DNA of 63,265 bases, the filler included, from Licmophora abbreviata (lineage: Eukaryota): NCBI GenBank assembly GCA_900291995.1. It is 16 parts of 16 records of this genome, joined end to end, with 100 filler letters (N's around TTAATTAATTAA, not from the genome) between each part and the next. Parts side by side here need not be neighbours in the genome. Positions count along the whole stretch, not along the records: positions 28,609 to 30,059 come from OLMU01003008.1; positions 30,160 to 31,418 come from OLMU01003009.1; positions 31,519 to 37,770 come from OLMU01003010.1; positions 37,871 to 43,594 come from OLMU01003011.1; 12 more parts are not named here. One strand, 5' to 3'. Made by a program: the position numbers and the translations under genes. Each line of letters begins with the position of its first letter. The first letter of the stretch is position 1. Under the pieces are notes generated by a model. The model worked only from the letters and a program-made list of their open reading frames with translations. It was not told the origin of the DNA and did not search any database. This document shows positions 29,384-40,223 of the stretch, one piece after another.

Positions 29384-30232
29384 ATGAGCAAAAAGAGCAC
29401 TACGAGTAAAGTAAACGAGAAGCAGGCGCTGTTGAGATCAGCGCAAGCGCTCGTTCGTGCCGAGCGATCCCTCACTGCTGCTCTCCAAGAGGCTGAGCCT
29501 TGGTTGTCCTCTAGCAGCAAAAGCAACACTAGCAGTAGTCTAATTCGACCGCTCCCCACTACCATGGACGAAGTCGAACGTGTACTAGCGGTCGCGCGAA
29601 ATCTGGCAGCACGAACTTCCGCTCCGGTCGGCTGGAATCCACAGGCTCCCGTGGTGGGCTTTGCGACGCCGAATCCTCTGCCGCATCAGTTGCGAGGAGG
29701 AGCCTTGGGGACACTGCAGCTGCGACGTGCCAAAGAACAGTTACATGAAGAGCAAAATAACAAGCGCAAACGAGAACAAGAGGAACGAGAGGCCGCAAAG
29801 AAATCAACGCAGAAGGAATCAATCGACGCCAATACTGCAGCGCCCATGCAGGTTGACACTGCTGACAACAGCAAGTCTCGAGATCCCAAACGCAATGAGG
29901 TGGTGGATTATGAGAAACAACTGGCACGATCAGAAGAAGACTTGTCGTCAAGCCTCCACAAACGTCGACAAGAGAATCAAAGACGCGCGCAGTTACAGCA
30001 ACAGCAGGAACAACAACAGCGTCAAATGAATGCAGACATGAATCTCTCGGATAGCAGTANNNNNNNNNNNNNNNNNNNNNNNNNNNNNNNNNNNNNNNNN
30101 NNNTTAATTAATTAANNNNNNNNNNNNNNNNNNNNNNNNNNNNNNNNNNNNNNNNNNNNGGAACAACAACAGCGTCAAATGAATGCAGACATGAATCTCT
30201 CGGATAGCAGTAGCAGTAGTGAGGAAGACTGA
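29384..30232 (+). CDS. Mediator subunit Med4-like protein (spans linker via 53-nt overlap)
   Basis: VLAVARNLAARTSAPVGWNP...PNP..HQLRGGAL resembles the Med4 C-terminal motif. Ends in an acidic/Ser tail, MNLSDSSSSSEED*. Confidence 0.55.
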
Positions 30233-30265
30233 GCAATAAAGTGCTTCTTTACAGCAAGGAAAACA

Positions 30266-31652
30266 CTAGTGGTCACCCACAGCTTCCAGGAACGCTCGCT
30301 TCAATGCCGAAGTTCTTTTCGCGATCATCTCTCGCATGCGGCTGTCTTGCTCCACACGCAACTCTCGTTCCCCCTCCAACTTGACTCGCAACTCTTGTAA
30401 CTTATCCATAAACTCCATGCATCTCTTTTGCTCCTGTGGATTCTCCCACTGTTCTTCCAGTATCAATAATTGCGACTTCCGTACAGCTACTTCTTCCGCC
30501 TGCTGTCTTGACATCGTCCCGGCCAGACTCTCAAATCGCCGCACCAGACTTCCTTCGCGCTTGTCCACTTTGGACGACTCTAGTCGCAATGATGGTTGCC
30601 ACTCGTTCAACACATTATCCCGTTGGGAATCTAACTCGTCGTGTAGCAACTGCGGTAGAGTCATGTGAGCATGTTGACCCATGCGTGACTCTAGAACGCG
30701 CAACCGACGTTCCAGGGCTTGTTCGCGTTGCAGAAGCGGCGAGGGAGGGATACGAAGATTCGATAGCGGTTGATAAAGATATTGTTCGAGCACAGTTGCA
30801 AATGAAACTTCTCGGTCCATACAAGCTTGTGCCAGTCTGGCCTGGAGTGATGCGAGTTGGCATTCCAGAGAGTGAATTCGTTGTTTCGATTCGATACGTC
30901 GTTCGAGGGCACGATCTTGTAGTGACTGGCAGGGAATCGTCTGCTTAAGAAAGTCAAAGCGAGAATCCAGTATTGAGAGCGCTGTTTCAGGCTGGTCAGC
31001 AACGACAAGACTCGTTTCCGTCGCCGCGCTGCTGTTTGGATCAGGAGCGACGGAGGTACTCTCAGCAACCGAGTCGTCGTGCAGGAGCAGAGGTTCAACC
31101 TGGTATAGAGGCTGAATTGGTGAAAGATTGTGGTGGATCGATCGTGGGGGCACAGGCGCTGCTGAGATTATCTGTGGATCGCCGCTTTCATTCTCGAGTC
31201 CTGGCGCCTCGTCCCGTTCACTCGACTCGGCCACAGCGTTCATCGCCATCGAGGTAGCCGACGCCTCAACGGATGGCTGAAAGATGTGAAATTCCGGTAC
31301 GTCCGTCGCGCTTTCATACATAGACGATTCTGGTGGTCCTGATCGTCCTGGAGTAGAAGGAAGCGTCTCTGCTGCGTGATGCATGTACGCATTGGTGGGC
31401 GGCGGTGGAGGGGGGATTNNNNNNNNNNNNNNNNNNNNNNNNNNNNNNNNNNNNNNNNNNNNTTAATTAATTAANNNNNNNNNNNNNNNNNNNNNNNNNN
31501 NNNNNNNNNNNNNNNNNNTCTTCACTCTCTTGCTCGTTCCATTCGCCGCCAATTCCTTCGCGGACAGACACGTTCGACACATGGTCTTCACCACTGGGAA
31601 GTGAGTTATCGTTGCCACCTCCGCCAAACGTTCGCCTCCAAAACGACACCAT
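30266..31652 (-). CDS. Coiled-coil protein resembling SF-assemblin/beta-giardin (5' part probably beyond linker 31419-31518)
   Basis: Pro-rich head, then a coiled coil with E..K..KREG.L.RRFE...EE..VR and LEGERELRVEQD...TSALKRAF. The family call is by eye. Confidence 0.5.
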
Positions 31653-32203
31653 GGTGCGCTACAATTTTTCGCACTTTTTTTCTTATCGCGCGTCAAATCA
31701 GATAGAGCTGAGAGAAATAGTACGGGGTATCATACCAGCAAGTTCGTACTAGTGTGCGTATGTGTATTTCGTAGTGGCTCTACGTGTTGACATTCCGTGT
31801 TCGTCTCGGCGTCGATCACATGGAAGACGGGGCCGAAGACGAGAGAGAGACCCTAGACTAACCCCGCGCTAATACTATATAGATTCGGCTTGCAGTCGAA
31901 CAAGGACATGACCGAAATTGTATGCACCGCAACGCTAGCCTCAAGGAAGCATTCCACATGTTTTAAGGGCAAGAGTGATCATGATATGTGTGGACGTAGA
32001 GGGAGGCGAGCATCAAGCCATCGTTTTGTAGGCCTTGCGTAGAAGATATGTAAGCGCAAAAGCCAACTAATAGCCTACTAGCAGACTATCCGGAATGGAC
32101 GGTATATGCCTAGGTTATTTTGCTTTTGTTGTCGGCGATCGTCCCACGGTTGGTCGATATCTCCATGTTTGACATTTTCCAATCGACGTTTTCGACTTAT
32201 TAA

Positions 32204-33321
32204 CTACTTGGTTTCAATCCTCAAACGATCTTCCATAAACTTGACTAGCAGAGCCACAGTATCCTCTGCGCAGGGTTCTCCAAATAAGTCGTGGTAGGCA
32301 CCCTCCATGCGGTGAATCACGACGTCTTCGGGACGCGTCAGCGAATGCTTCTCCAAGTAGTCAGTGCCCTCCATCGGCACGGCAACATCGTCTGTGCCAT
32401 GAATCGAGCAAAATGAAACGTTAAGTTGGGGTATGCTCTCTTCACGGACTTTCTCTAGAGCTGTCAATAGCTGAACTGCCGTTCCCAATCGAAACGGTTT
32501 TCCGCCGGCCTCCAGTCCCATTTCCATGTATCGAGGCTCAGTGTTGTCTTGCAGTACCTCCTTATCACTCCAGATACGATCCGCTGAGACTGGGTTCTGT
32601 AAATCAAGCAAGCGCGGACGTGTCAGTTATGCGTCGAGTCGTTGGATTATGTCGCTCATGATATAAAAAAGAAACATACCGGCATAAAGAAAGGCGTCCA
32701 GAGAGGAGCGAGGGGGGCAAGTATGTAGCGCAATGTATAGGTGATCGGCCACGGTGGGATGTCACCAACGATGGCGGGTGCTACCAGCGCAACAGCGGCA
32801 AAGTCCTTCGGAGGGTCAACATCATCCTGCCATTTCTTGGCCAAGTGCAAGCAAAGAGTACCTCCATACGATTCGCCCATCAAGAAGAGTGACGTCGAAG
32901 GGTGTTTGCCGTCGGCGAATCTTGCAAAACTATCCAAATCATCTCGATTCGTCTCCCAAGTAGGAACATAGAATCGAATGCCCTCTGAGTAGCCGTGGCC
33001 CAGCATATCTAGAGCGTAAAGAACGTAGCCAGCCTTCATCAACTCGCCCGAAAGAAGCGTCATGCTGCGAGTTCGCCCGTCCTTCAGCACAATCCCTTTT
33101 CCAGATTGTGCGCTGATGCCATGCGCAAAAACGACGACACCTTTGATTTCACCCTTCGGCCGAAACATGCGATAATGAAGAGCAGTCCCATTGGATTCGA
33201 ACCAGCCGTGCTCGCACCCGGGCAACAGCGACTCCATCTCCTTGATCTCGTCGTCGGTCGGAAATGTTTCGCGCGGCATGTCGAGATCGACTTCGCGTCC
33301 CCAGAGAGTGTAATGGACCAT
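32204..33321 (-). CDS. Alpha/beta hydrolase (monoacylglycerol lipase/Hydrolase_4 family), copy A; intron 32597-32679
   Basis: HG, LDMLGHGYSEG, GESYGG nucleophile, HGTDD and GAYHDL catalytic triad. Confidence 0.9.
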
Positions 33322-33803
33322 CGCTGCGGTGCAAAAGGATAGTACGACAAACAGATATATCGGACAGAAGCTTGGTCTCACTGATTACACCGACAAGACG
33401 CTTAGATCGGACTACAGCACAGGAGGGTGTGGGTGCAAACTGGCATGTTGAATGGGATGATGTGTTGAATCCTTCAAAGTCTGTGTGCGCGCCGGCGCCC
33501 CTCAGCGCAAAATCCATCAGAGCCTAACTTACTTTGCAAACAATAGTCGCGATGTCACACTCTAGGCTCTTACACTGCGGTTTGAGGATGTTCAACGCGA
33601 ACGAGGATATTGTATGTGGGCATATACTAGCTATTGCTGTTGCTGAAACATGATTATCTCTTCGTCTCTTCTTATACTCTGGCGACTAGGTATAAGCTAG
33701 AGTGCATTAGCAACACGACTCTTGAGTCCTCCAGCTGCGACAAGCACGTCGTCATCAGTACCAGCACGCGCGCAATCGACACACCCGCTCAACCTTTTCT
33801 GTG

Positions 33804-34856
33804 CTACTTCTTGACCTTGCTCACACGATCATCCATGAACTTGACGGCATACTCCATTGTATTTTCGGCCGTTGGCTTAGGTTCGGAGAACAGATCATGA
33901 TAGGCACCCTCCAAGCGATAGATGACACGATCCTCCGCCTTCGTCGCGCCCTTTTCCTCCAAGAAATCCGTGCCCTCAATAGGTACTGCAACATCTTCCA
34001 TACCATGCACAACGCAGTACGGAACCGTCAACTTGGGAATAACCTTGCTTCGCACCGCTTCGAGGGACGCCAACAACGCAACCGCGGTTCCGAGACGGAA
34101 TGGCTTGCCCGATCCTTCAATGGCCATTTCCCTGTAACGCTCTTCCGTTTGCAGCCCCAGCACTTCCTTGTCGCTCCAAATGCGGTCAGGTGACACAGGG
34201 TTGGGCATGAAGGAAGGTACCCACTTTGGAGCCAAGGGGGCAAGGCAGTAGCGAAGAACAAAGGTGACGGGAAAGGGTGGCACGTCGCCAACGATCGCGG
34301 GGGCGGTCAGGACAATCCCGCGAAAGTTCTTGGGCGCTGCCGTGTCATTCTGCCAGCTTTCCGCAACATGAAGGGTGACGGTACTTCCATAGGAATGTCC
34401 CAACAAGAAGAGCGGCATATCGTCGCCATACTGACTAGCGACGTACTTGCCAAACGTACCAAAGTCATCCCGGTTGGTCTGCCACTTTGGTACGAAATGA
34501 CGCACTCCTTCGGAATATCCGTGTCCCAGCATATCAAGAGCATAGAGAGCATAGCCAGCCTTGACGAGTTCCGAACTCATCAAGGAAGTTCCCACCTTGC
34601 GTCCGTCCTTGAGCACAAAGGACTTGCCCGAATGAGTCTGGATACCGTGCTGATACACCACGACTCCCTTGAGTTTCGTGTTTTTGGCAGGAAGGAACTT
34701 GCGATAATGCAATTGAGCACCTGTAGTGCCTTCGAACCACCCATGCTCACAACCAGGCATGGCGTCTTCCATAGCTTTGAGTTCCGCATCGGTAGGAAAG
34801 GTCTCCTTGGAGAGATCCAGATTGACCTCCTTGCCCCAAAGAGTGTACGATGGCAT
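33804..34856 (-). CDS. Alpha/beta hydrolase (Hydrolase_4 family), copy B, intronless
   Basis: LDMLGHGYSEG, GHSYGS, HGMED, GAYHDL; clear paralog of the neighbouring gene. The ORF is open upstream to 35042. Confidence 0.9.
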   Translation of the reverse strand: MPSYTLWGKEVNLDLSKETFPTDAELKAMEDAMPGCEHGWFEGTTGAQLHYRKFLPAKNTKLKGVVVYQHGIQTHSGKSFVLKDGRKVGTSLMSSELVKAGYALYALDMLGHGYSEGVRHFVPKWQTNRDDFGTFGKYVASQYGDDMPLFLLGHSYGSTVTLHVAESWQNDTAAPKNFRGIVLTAPAIVGDVPPFPVTFVLRYCLAPLAPKWVPSFMPNPVSPDRIWSDKEVLGLQTEERYREMAIEGSGKPFRLGTAVALLASLEAVRSKVIPKLTVPYCVVHGMEDVAVPIEGTDFLEEKGATKAEDRVIYRLEGAYHDLFSEPKPTAENTMEYAVKFMDDRVSKVKK

Positions 34857-35189
34857 GTCGACGATTTGGTTCTTTCGGAACGAGGACGGAATCAAGAGAG
34901 CTAGACTGCGAGAGAGAGACTGTCCCATCCACAGAAACGCACACAACAAAGTCAAAGAACGACGACGACAACAACGTTGCGGCGACTCCGAATGTCTCAT
35001 GGGTGCGTCAGTTCTGCTGAGACCCGATCGACGATCCCACATCGAAGTGAAGTGTCGGAAGTGTCATGGAGCGTCACGTCCAGAAGGCATCTCTTCTGAC
35101 GTTTTCAGAAGTCGGACGCCGCACAGAGTTGTTCGCGCGTGGCCAGCAAAACCACAAAAACCATTCAATACAATACCTCGCAAAGAGCC

Positions 35190-36107
35190 ATGACGACGAC
35201 CCCATCGCTCCAAGCGTCAGTGCATGCTGCGATAGACTCGTTTGTACGTGCTCAAGGCGACAGTCATACGGCATCGGATGTGCTGAGGGTCATTCGGGAT
35301 GCCTCTCATCTCTCCTACGAGCGTCAACTAGTCTGTGACGCGCTCGACGCTGACCCGTTGGCGCAGCTAGAAGAGGTGCGGGACCAAGTGCAGCGCATCC
35401 AAAAGCTCTTGGAGGTATCAACTTGTACGCGACTGGTCACGCTTGAAGATCTCTGCTCGATCCATGCGGCCGTCCGGCTCAAACGAGACAACCACATGGA
35501 TAAGGATGGTGTTCATGTAAAGGACCACGTTCAATTATCGTTCCACTACGAGCGGCGACGAGCCCCAGAACAACAAGAGGGCACGCATGTACTGTATAGG
35601 ATCGATGCTGGCAAAGATCATGGACCACAAGAGCGAATCTTGACGATCGAAGTGTGGGCGGCAGGGCGAGGGCCTTCGCAGGATCCACCACTGCCGATAG
35701 ACATTGATGAGGAGGAGGATTGGGAGGATATGAGTCAAGAGGAGGACGACGACGACGAGGGCGATGCGGGCCCTCTGGAAGAAGATTGCGTTGAAGCCTC
35801 CACCAAAGACGCGGTCATGTCCAAAACAGGCGAAGCTCGTGATAGATGTGAAGATGAGCAGCCCCGGGATCAAGACCGTTATGCCGCGTATCTCGACCCC
35901 GATGTTCTTACCGACTTTCTCACATGGACGAATCTTCATATGGATGAGTACACCGCATTCTGTCTTCTCATGACTTTCCCGTTCTACGAGCATGAGTGGG
36001 ACTTAATTGGGTGTGTGTTCGAGAGTGTTTTTGAAATGGATATGGACGCGCGTGGCAACGAAGACGATGACGACGAGCTATCCGGCAACGGCGATCAATC
36101 TCAATAA
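35190..36107 (+). CDS. Hypothetical acidic protein
   Basis: Long ORF with acidic tracts and a conserved-looking LMTFPFYEHEWD block. Confidence 0.65.
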   Translation: MTTTPSLQASVHAAIDSFVRAQGDSHTASDVLRVIRDASHLSYERQLVCDALDADPLAQLEEVRDQVQRIQKLLEVSTCTRLVTLEDLCSIHAAVRLKRDNHMDKDGVHVKDHVQLSFHYERRRAPEQQEGTHVLYRIDAGKDHGPQERILTIEVWAAGRGPSQDPPLPIDIDEEEDWEDMSQEEDDDDEGDAGPLEEDCVEASTKDAVMSKTGEARDRCEDEQPRDQDRYAAYLDPDVLTDFLTWTNLHMDEYTAFCLLMTFPFYEHEWDLIGCVFESVFEMDMDARGNEDDDDELSGNGDQSQ

Positions 36108-36437
36108 CAGCCTTCTCCAACCGTTGTATATTGAGACTGTGCATCTCTGAAAGTGTCTTTCTGCTGGAGCTCACAGGGTCAAAGACCGACTCGTCGTTCA
36201 GCTACCGCTGAGGTTACCGATTTTGCAGGACGGACCATTTGGTGCATGATGTTTTGAAGAGCGTCATAAATATGAGGGAAGCCCAAGGATGCCAACAAGC
36301 GGATCAATACAGCAGCGCCAACGCAAGACTGTGCGAGCAAGGACTCGCACAATCAGTATCCTCGGCCCCAGATCTCAAAGTGTAGTATATTGCCGAAATT
36401 CATGCTAGAACTTTATATTGTACATTCCAGAGGTCCT

Positions 36438-37685
36438 CTACGATTGCTGGTCTGTGACACCCGATGCCACAGTCGAAGCCGTTTCCACAACGTCCTTGCT
36501 AGTTTTCTTCCCCAACGTGACGGGACACGACACTTCTTCAGGGCCCGCAGTCTTGGAGACTGCCGACTCGTGAATGCAGAATTCTCGTCCCTTGTTGCGA
36601 ACTGAATGAATATTTGACGCCACCAGCTTGGCCAATTGATTGCCTTGTTCCGTTTCTTCCACATCCCATCTCTTGGAATGCAACAAGAACAACATGAGAA
36701 GACTTGGCAAGTACCATAGCGACGTTAAGAACACTTTGCGGGCGTTGGCATTCGTTCGTTCCTTTCGAAACCTGTGCGCCACGTACAGTGCATACGTATT
36801 CAGTACCACACCCTCCAAACAGAACATGCTGCTCGTCACATCTGTCAGCGTACAAACGACAGGAATGGTCGACAGATACCATGTGTATCGAGTGACAATG
36901 CGGGACGTCTCGTCGCCGTCCGATTCCAGCACTGGTACCATCTTGAAGCCGCCACGCGCATAATCGGCGCGATGCATGTAGCTCAAGGCAAAAAAGTGTG
37001 GCATCTGCCAAAGATACAGCGTGGAACCAAGCAAGAGAGCTTCCATATCCCACAAGTGTCCACCAGTAGCTGCTGTCCAACCCATGACTGGCGGAATCGC
37101 GCCCACGACAGCACCGACCCACGTATTGTAGACAGAGTGTGACTTCATGTAAGTGTAGAGTCCCGCATAGAGCGCAATATTTCCCACACCCAATGCTGTT
37201 GTGACGGGATCTGTTCCGTAGGCGAGAATGGACGTCCCCGCCACGCCCCAAGTGGTCGCCGCGACCGTAGCTTGGGTTGTCGACAGGGTGCCTTGCACCA
37301 GAGGCCGCTGCTGCGTTCGTTTCATAAGCTTGTCCAGATCCTTTTCAAAGATTTGGTTAAAGGCAGCCGCAGAAGAGCTGCATAGCATGGTGCCTGTACA
37401 GCATGCAGTGAGCGTCATGGGACACAGTGGGCCTCCAGCGGCAACAAATCCAGCAGCCGTGGTGGCTACGACGAGAGACGAGAGCTTGGCCTTGCTCAGA
37501 TCCATGTATGCCTTTACAGACGAATGGCCCTTAATTTCTGCGGAGGTCCCGTTCGTTGAGAAATGTCGGATGTCGCGTGGTAATACAGCTAGAGCCTGTG
37601 AAAGAACCACGACAGTCGCGCTCGGCGGCGAATGTTGGGCATGCCGACGCATCAGCATCAACGTTCTTGATGGCAATGGAATCAT
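36438..37685 (-). CDS. COX10: Protoheme IX farnesyltransferase (heme O synthase)
   Basis: LSKAKLS, NQIFEKDLDKLMKRTQQRPL, YTYMK, NTWVGAVVGAIPPVMGW, WQMPHF, DYARGG. Confidence 0.95.
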   Translation of the reverse strand: MIPLPSRTLMLMRRHAQHSPPSATVVVLSQALAVLPRDIRHFSTNGTSAEIKGHSSVKAYMDLSKAKLSSLVVATTAAGFVAAGGPLCPMTLTACCTGTMLCSSSAAAFNQIFEKDLDKLMKRTQQRPLVQGTLSTTQATVAATTWGVAGTSILAYGTDPVTTALGVGNIALYAGLYTYMKSHSVYNTWVGAVVGAIPPVMGWTAATGGHLWDMEALLLGSTLYLWQMPHFFALSYMHRADYARGGFKMVPVLESDGDETSRIVTRYTWYLSTIPVVCTLTDVTSSMFCLEGVVLNTYALYVAHRFRKERTNANARKVFLTSLWYLPSLLMLFLLHSKRWDVEETEQGNQLAKLVASNIHSVRNKGREFCIHESAVSKTAGPEEVSCPVTLGKKTSKDVVETASTVASGVTDQQS

Positions 37686-37954
37686 TTTTCAGTCAATCTG
37701 AGACCTTTCCGAGACAATTTCCAATCAGAGGGGGGTACATTCAAGGCCGGAGCGTTAGAGCAACAGAACTNNNNNNNNNNNNNNNNNNNNNNNNNNNNNN
37801 NNNNNNNNNNNNNNTTAATTAATTAANNNNNNNNNNNNNNNNNNNNNNNNNNNNNNNNNNNNNNNNNNNNAAAAAGGCAGTCGGGGTCTGACCATCGGCC
37901 GTTGTAGTTCGGGACTCACAGCTAGGCTCGTGACTCACCGTACTGCTCATCTTT

Positions 37955-38746
37955 TTGACACCACGGAACAATTCATCGGCGACGATGCTCTGGCGACTCC
38001 TGTTTGTGGTGGCATTAGCATTAGTTCAAGAGCAAAACAAACTTGAATGTATAACAATGATAAGGTCGGAAGTGGACGACGAGAGCGTGGCGTCTCGCGT
38101 CTCAATAAGGCGGCGGAGCAAGAGACGATGGTCGTCGCCGCTTATGATGTTCGGTCTCGCCGGCGGCGCTGCCAATGATGATGGAGGCAACGGCTCCGTT
38201 GAGAAGGATGGTGGTATGGGAGCGAGATCACCGAGTCGTCGACGACTGACTTCAGCAACTTCAGTATTGACTTCCCCCCAGTCGAAAGCGGACATTGAAA
38301 TTATCAAAGACAAACTGGGAAATTACCAGCATCACGGTACGGGCAATCCTTTATCGATACGTTCGCCGTCGACACCGAAAGACCTGGCAGTCCAGAATCT
38401 TGCGGAAATCATACGAGGTGGGATGCTTGGTTGGCCCGCAGAATCGGACTCCACTCCAAACTTAATGACGGAGCGTGGTCGCGTTGGGTCCTTCTGGACC
38501 AATAGAGTTCGTCTGACTGGAGGCTACGGATGGACCGGCTTGATATTGCCGGAGAAGGTCGACACGTCGCAGCCGCTCCCAGTTGTCGACAATGCAACTT
38601 GGTTTCTCGTTGAAGATGAACACGAGCTAGAGAAGCTTACTATGCTCCTTACATCGGATCCTGAAAGATATGACGAGGTAAAAGATAGAGTTGTCACCGT
38701 CGCTCAGCTAGCGGAGAGACTCAAAGACCGACGACGGTCGTGGTGA
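37955..38746 (+). CDS. Hypothetical protein with N-terminal signal/anchor
   Basis: 263-aa ORF with a hydrophobic N-terminus; no family recognised. Confidence 0.5.
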   Translation: MTPRNNSSATMLWRLLFVVALALVQEQNKLECITMIRSEVDDESVASRVSIRRRSKRRWSSPLMMFGLAGGAANDDGGNGSVEKDGGMGARSPSRRRLTSATSVLTSPQSKADIEIIKDKLGNYQHHGTGNPLSIRSPSTPKDLAVQNLAEIIRGGMLGWPAESDSTPNLMTERGRVGSFWTNRVRLTGGYGWTGLILPEKVDTSQPLPVVDNATWFLVEDEHELEKLTMLLTSDPERYDEVKDRVVTVAQLAERLKDRRRSW

Positions 38747-40223
38747 TGACGACCGGCGACCCAACACAGGATACGGTTGATTTGAAGGCGTAAGGCGGTG
38801 GTGCTTTACATAATGAAGATTGATTATAGCTGCAAAGGCAGTCTCTTCACCTTATGACAATAGTAGAGGTGGCCATTACAAATGGACGTACTTGTGTACT
38901 CGCAAAACTGCACAATTCCGCAAATGGGGACTTTTAAATTTGTTGCAATTTAGCGACAACCATCCCCTCCATAGGCCCGAAAAGGATTCCGATTCTCGTT
39001 CGCTACGACGGAGCTCGCCCTATCACGGCGACCAGCACCCTTCATCTATTTACTCTATCTTCACGTGTCTCTTCTTCCTATAACTTGAGAGAAAATAAGA
39101 AACGTGTTTGCGTCAGATAAGGACCCACTAGTGTCACTGCAAGAATAGACACGTGGGCTGTGATCTACGATATCTTTCTTCCAGATGGCAAATTGGAACC
39201 AAAGCACAGAAAAAGTATAGTCCCTTGCGGGACAAGGCCAAGAATCCGGAAAGAATCCCTCTCGGGATCTTTCTAACAAGATATACACATCTGGACGTAT
39301 AGAAAACAGAAACGACTACCAACGCACCGCGTATGTCACTATGTATCCATCGCTCGAGTCGATGTGCTACGAAGAAGGGCCACTAGTGGTGTGGCTCATC
39401 TGACAAAGAACACATCATCATGCACAGCCCTGCGGTGTCCAGACGAACGCAACGAATGATTAGCAAACGATAAGAGTTCGTATTCGATTGTTTGCGCCCC
39501 CAAACCCCCAAGCATCGACGGTATAAGCACATATACTGAGGACCATTAGGGACGCGCAGGATCCGACAGACCGCGTTCCGTGGCAGATCATATGAAAATG
39601 ATGCCATCCACGTACTGAAGGTCCGTCGACTCCCAAAGTAGTTCCCTTTACCAGACGAATCGGCTTTTTGCCACGGTGAAGAAATAAACGTGGAAAAAAT
39701 TTGACATAGGCTCTGGATCATCATCATGATGGCGGTTATGATATCGACGCGGCTTTTTTGGTTCGTGGAGAGAGCTACTCTGCGCCGCGCCGTCATCACA
39801 CCAAAACACATTCGACTTTTTGTCGCTTGGAAATCGTTTCTTACATTCTTCACTTCGCCCAGCTTCGTTTCTCTGTTGTATGACACACATTCCGATAGAG
39901 ATTAGAGGTGTCAATGGGGGACATAATATGGCGTTGTGTGTTGTGTGGGTTTTGTGTGGTGGCTGATGCCCACGCAATTTCCAGCGTCATGCAATCAAGC
40001 ACGACCAACCAAAATGCACCCCATGTTCGACTCCAAGGCTAAGGAAACTTGCCTTGCAGTCGTCGGACCATCTTGAATCTTCGTTCGATCAACGACAGCC
40101 ACGAAAAAAGTCGATCTAAAAAATCTGCATAGAAGAACAATTTGCCCACACATTTGATGTCCATTGTGCCTTTGATGCCGATGGTACTGTGGCTCTCTTC
40201 GTCACACACAACCCTCTACAAGC

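Noticed and set aside
39383..39977. Minus-strand ORFs of 167 and 109 aa, and a ~10-bp inverted repeat (39812 vs ~40105) suggesting a MITE
   Set aside because: Composition is not protein-like; the repeat is too short and has no target-site duplication.
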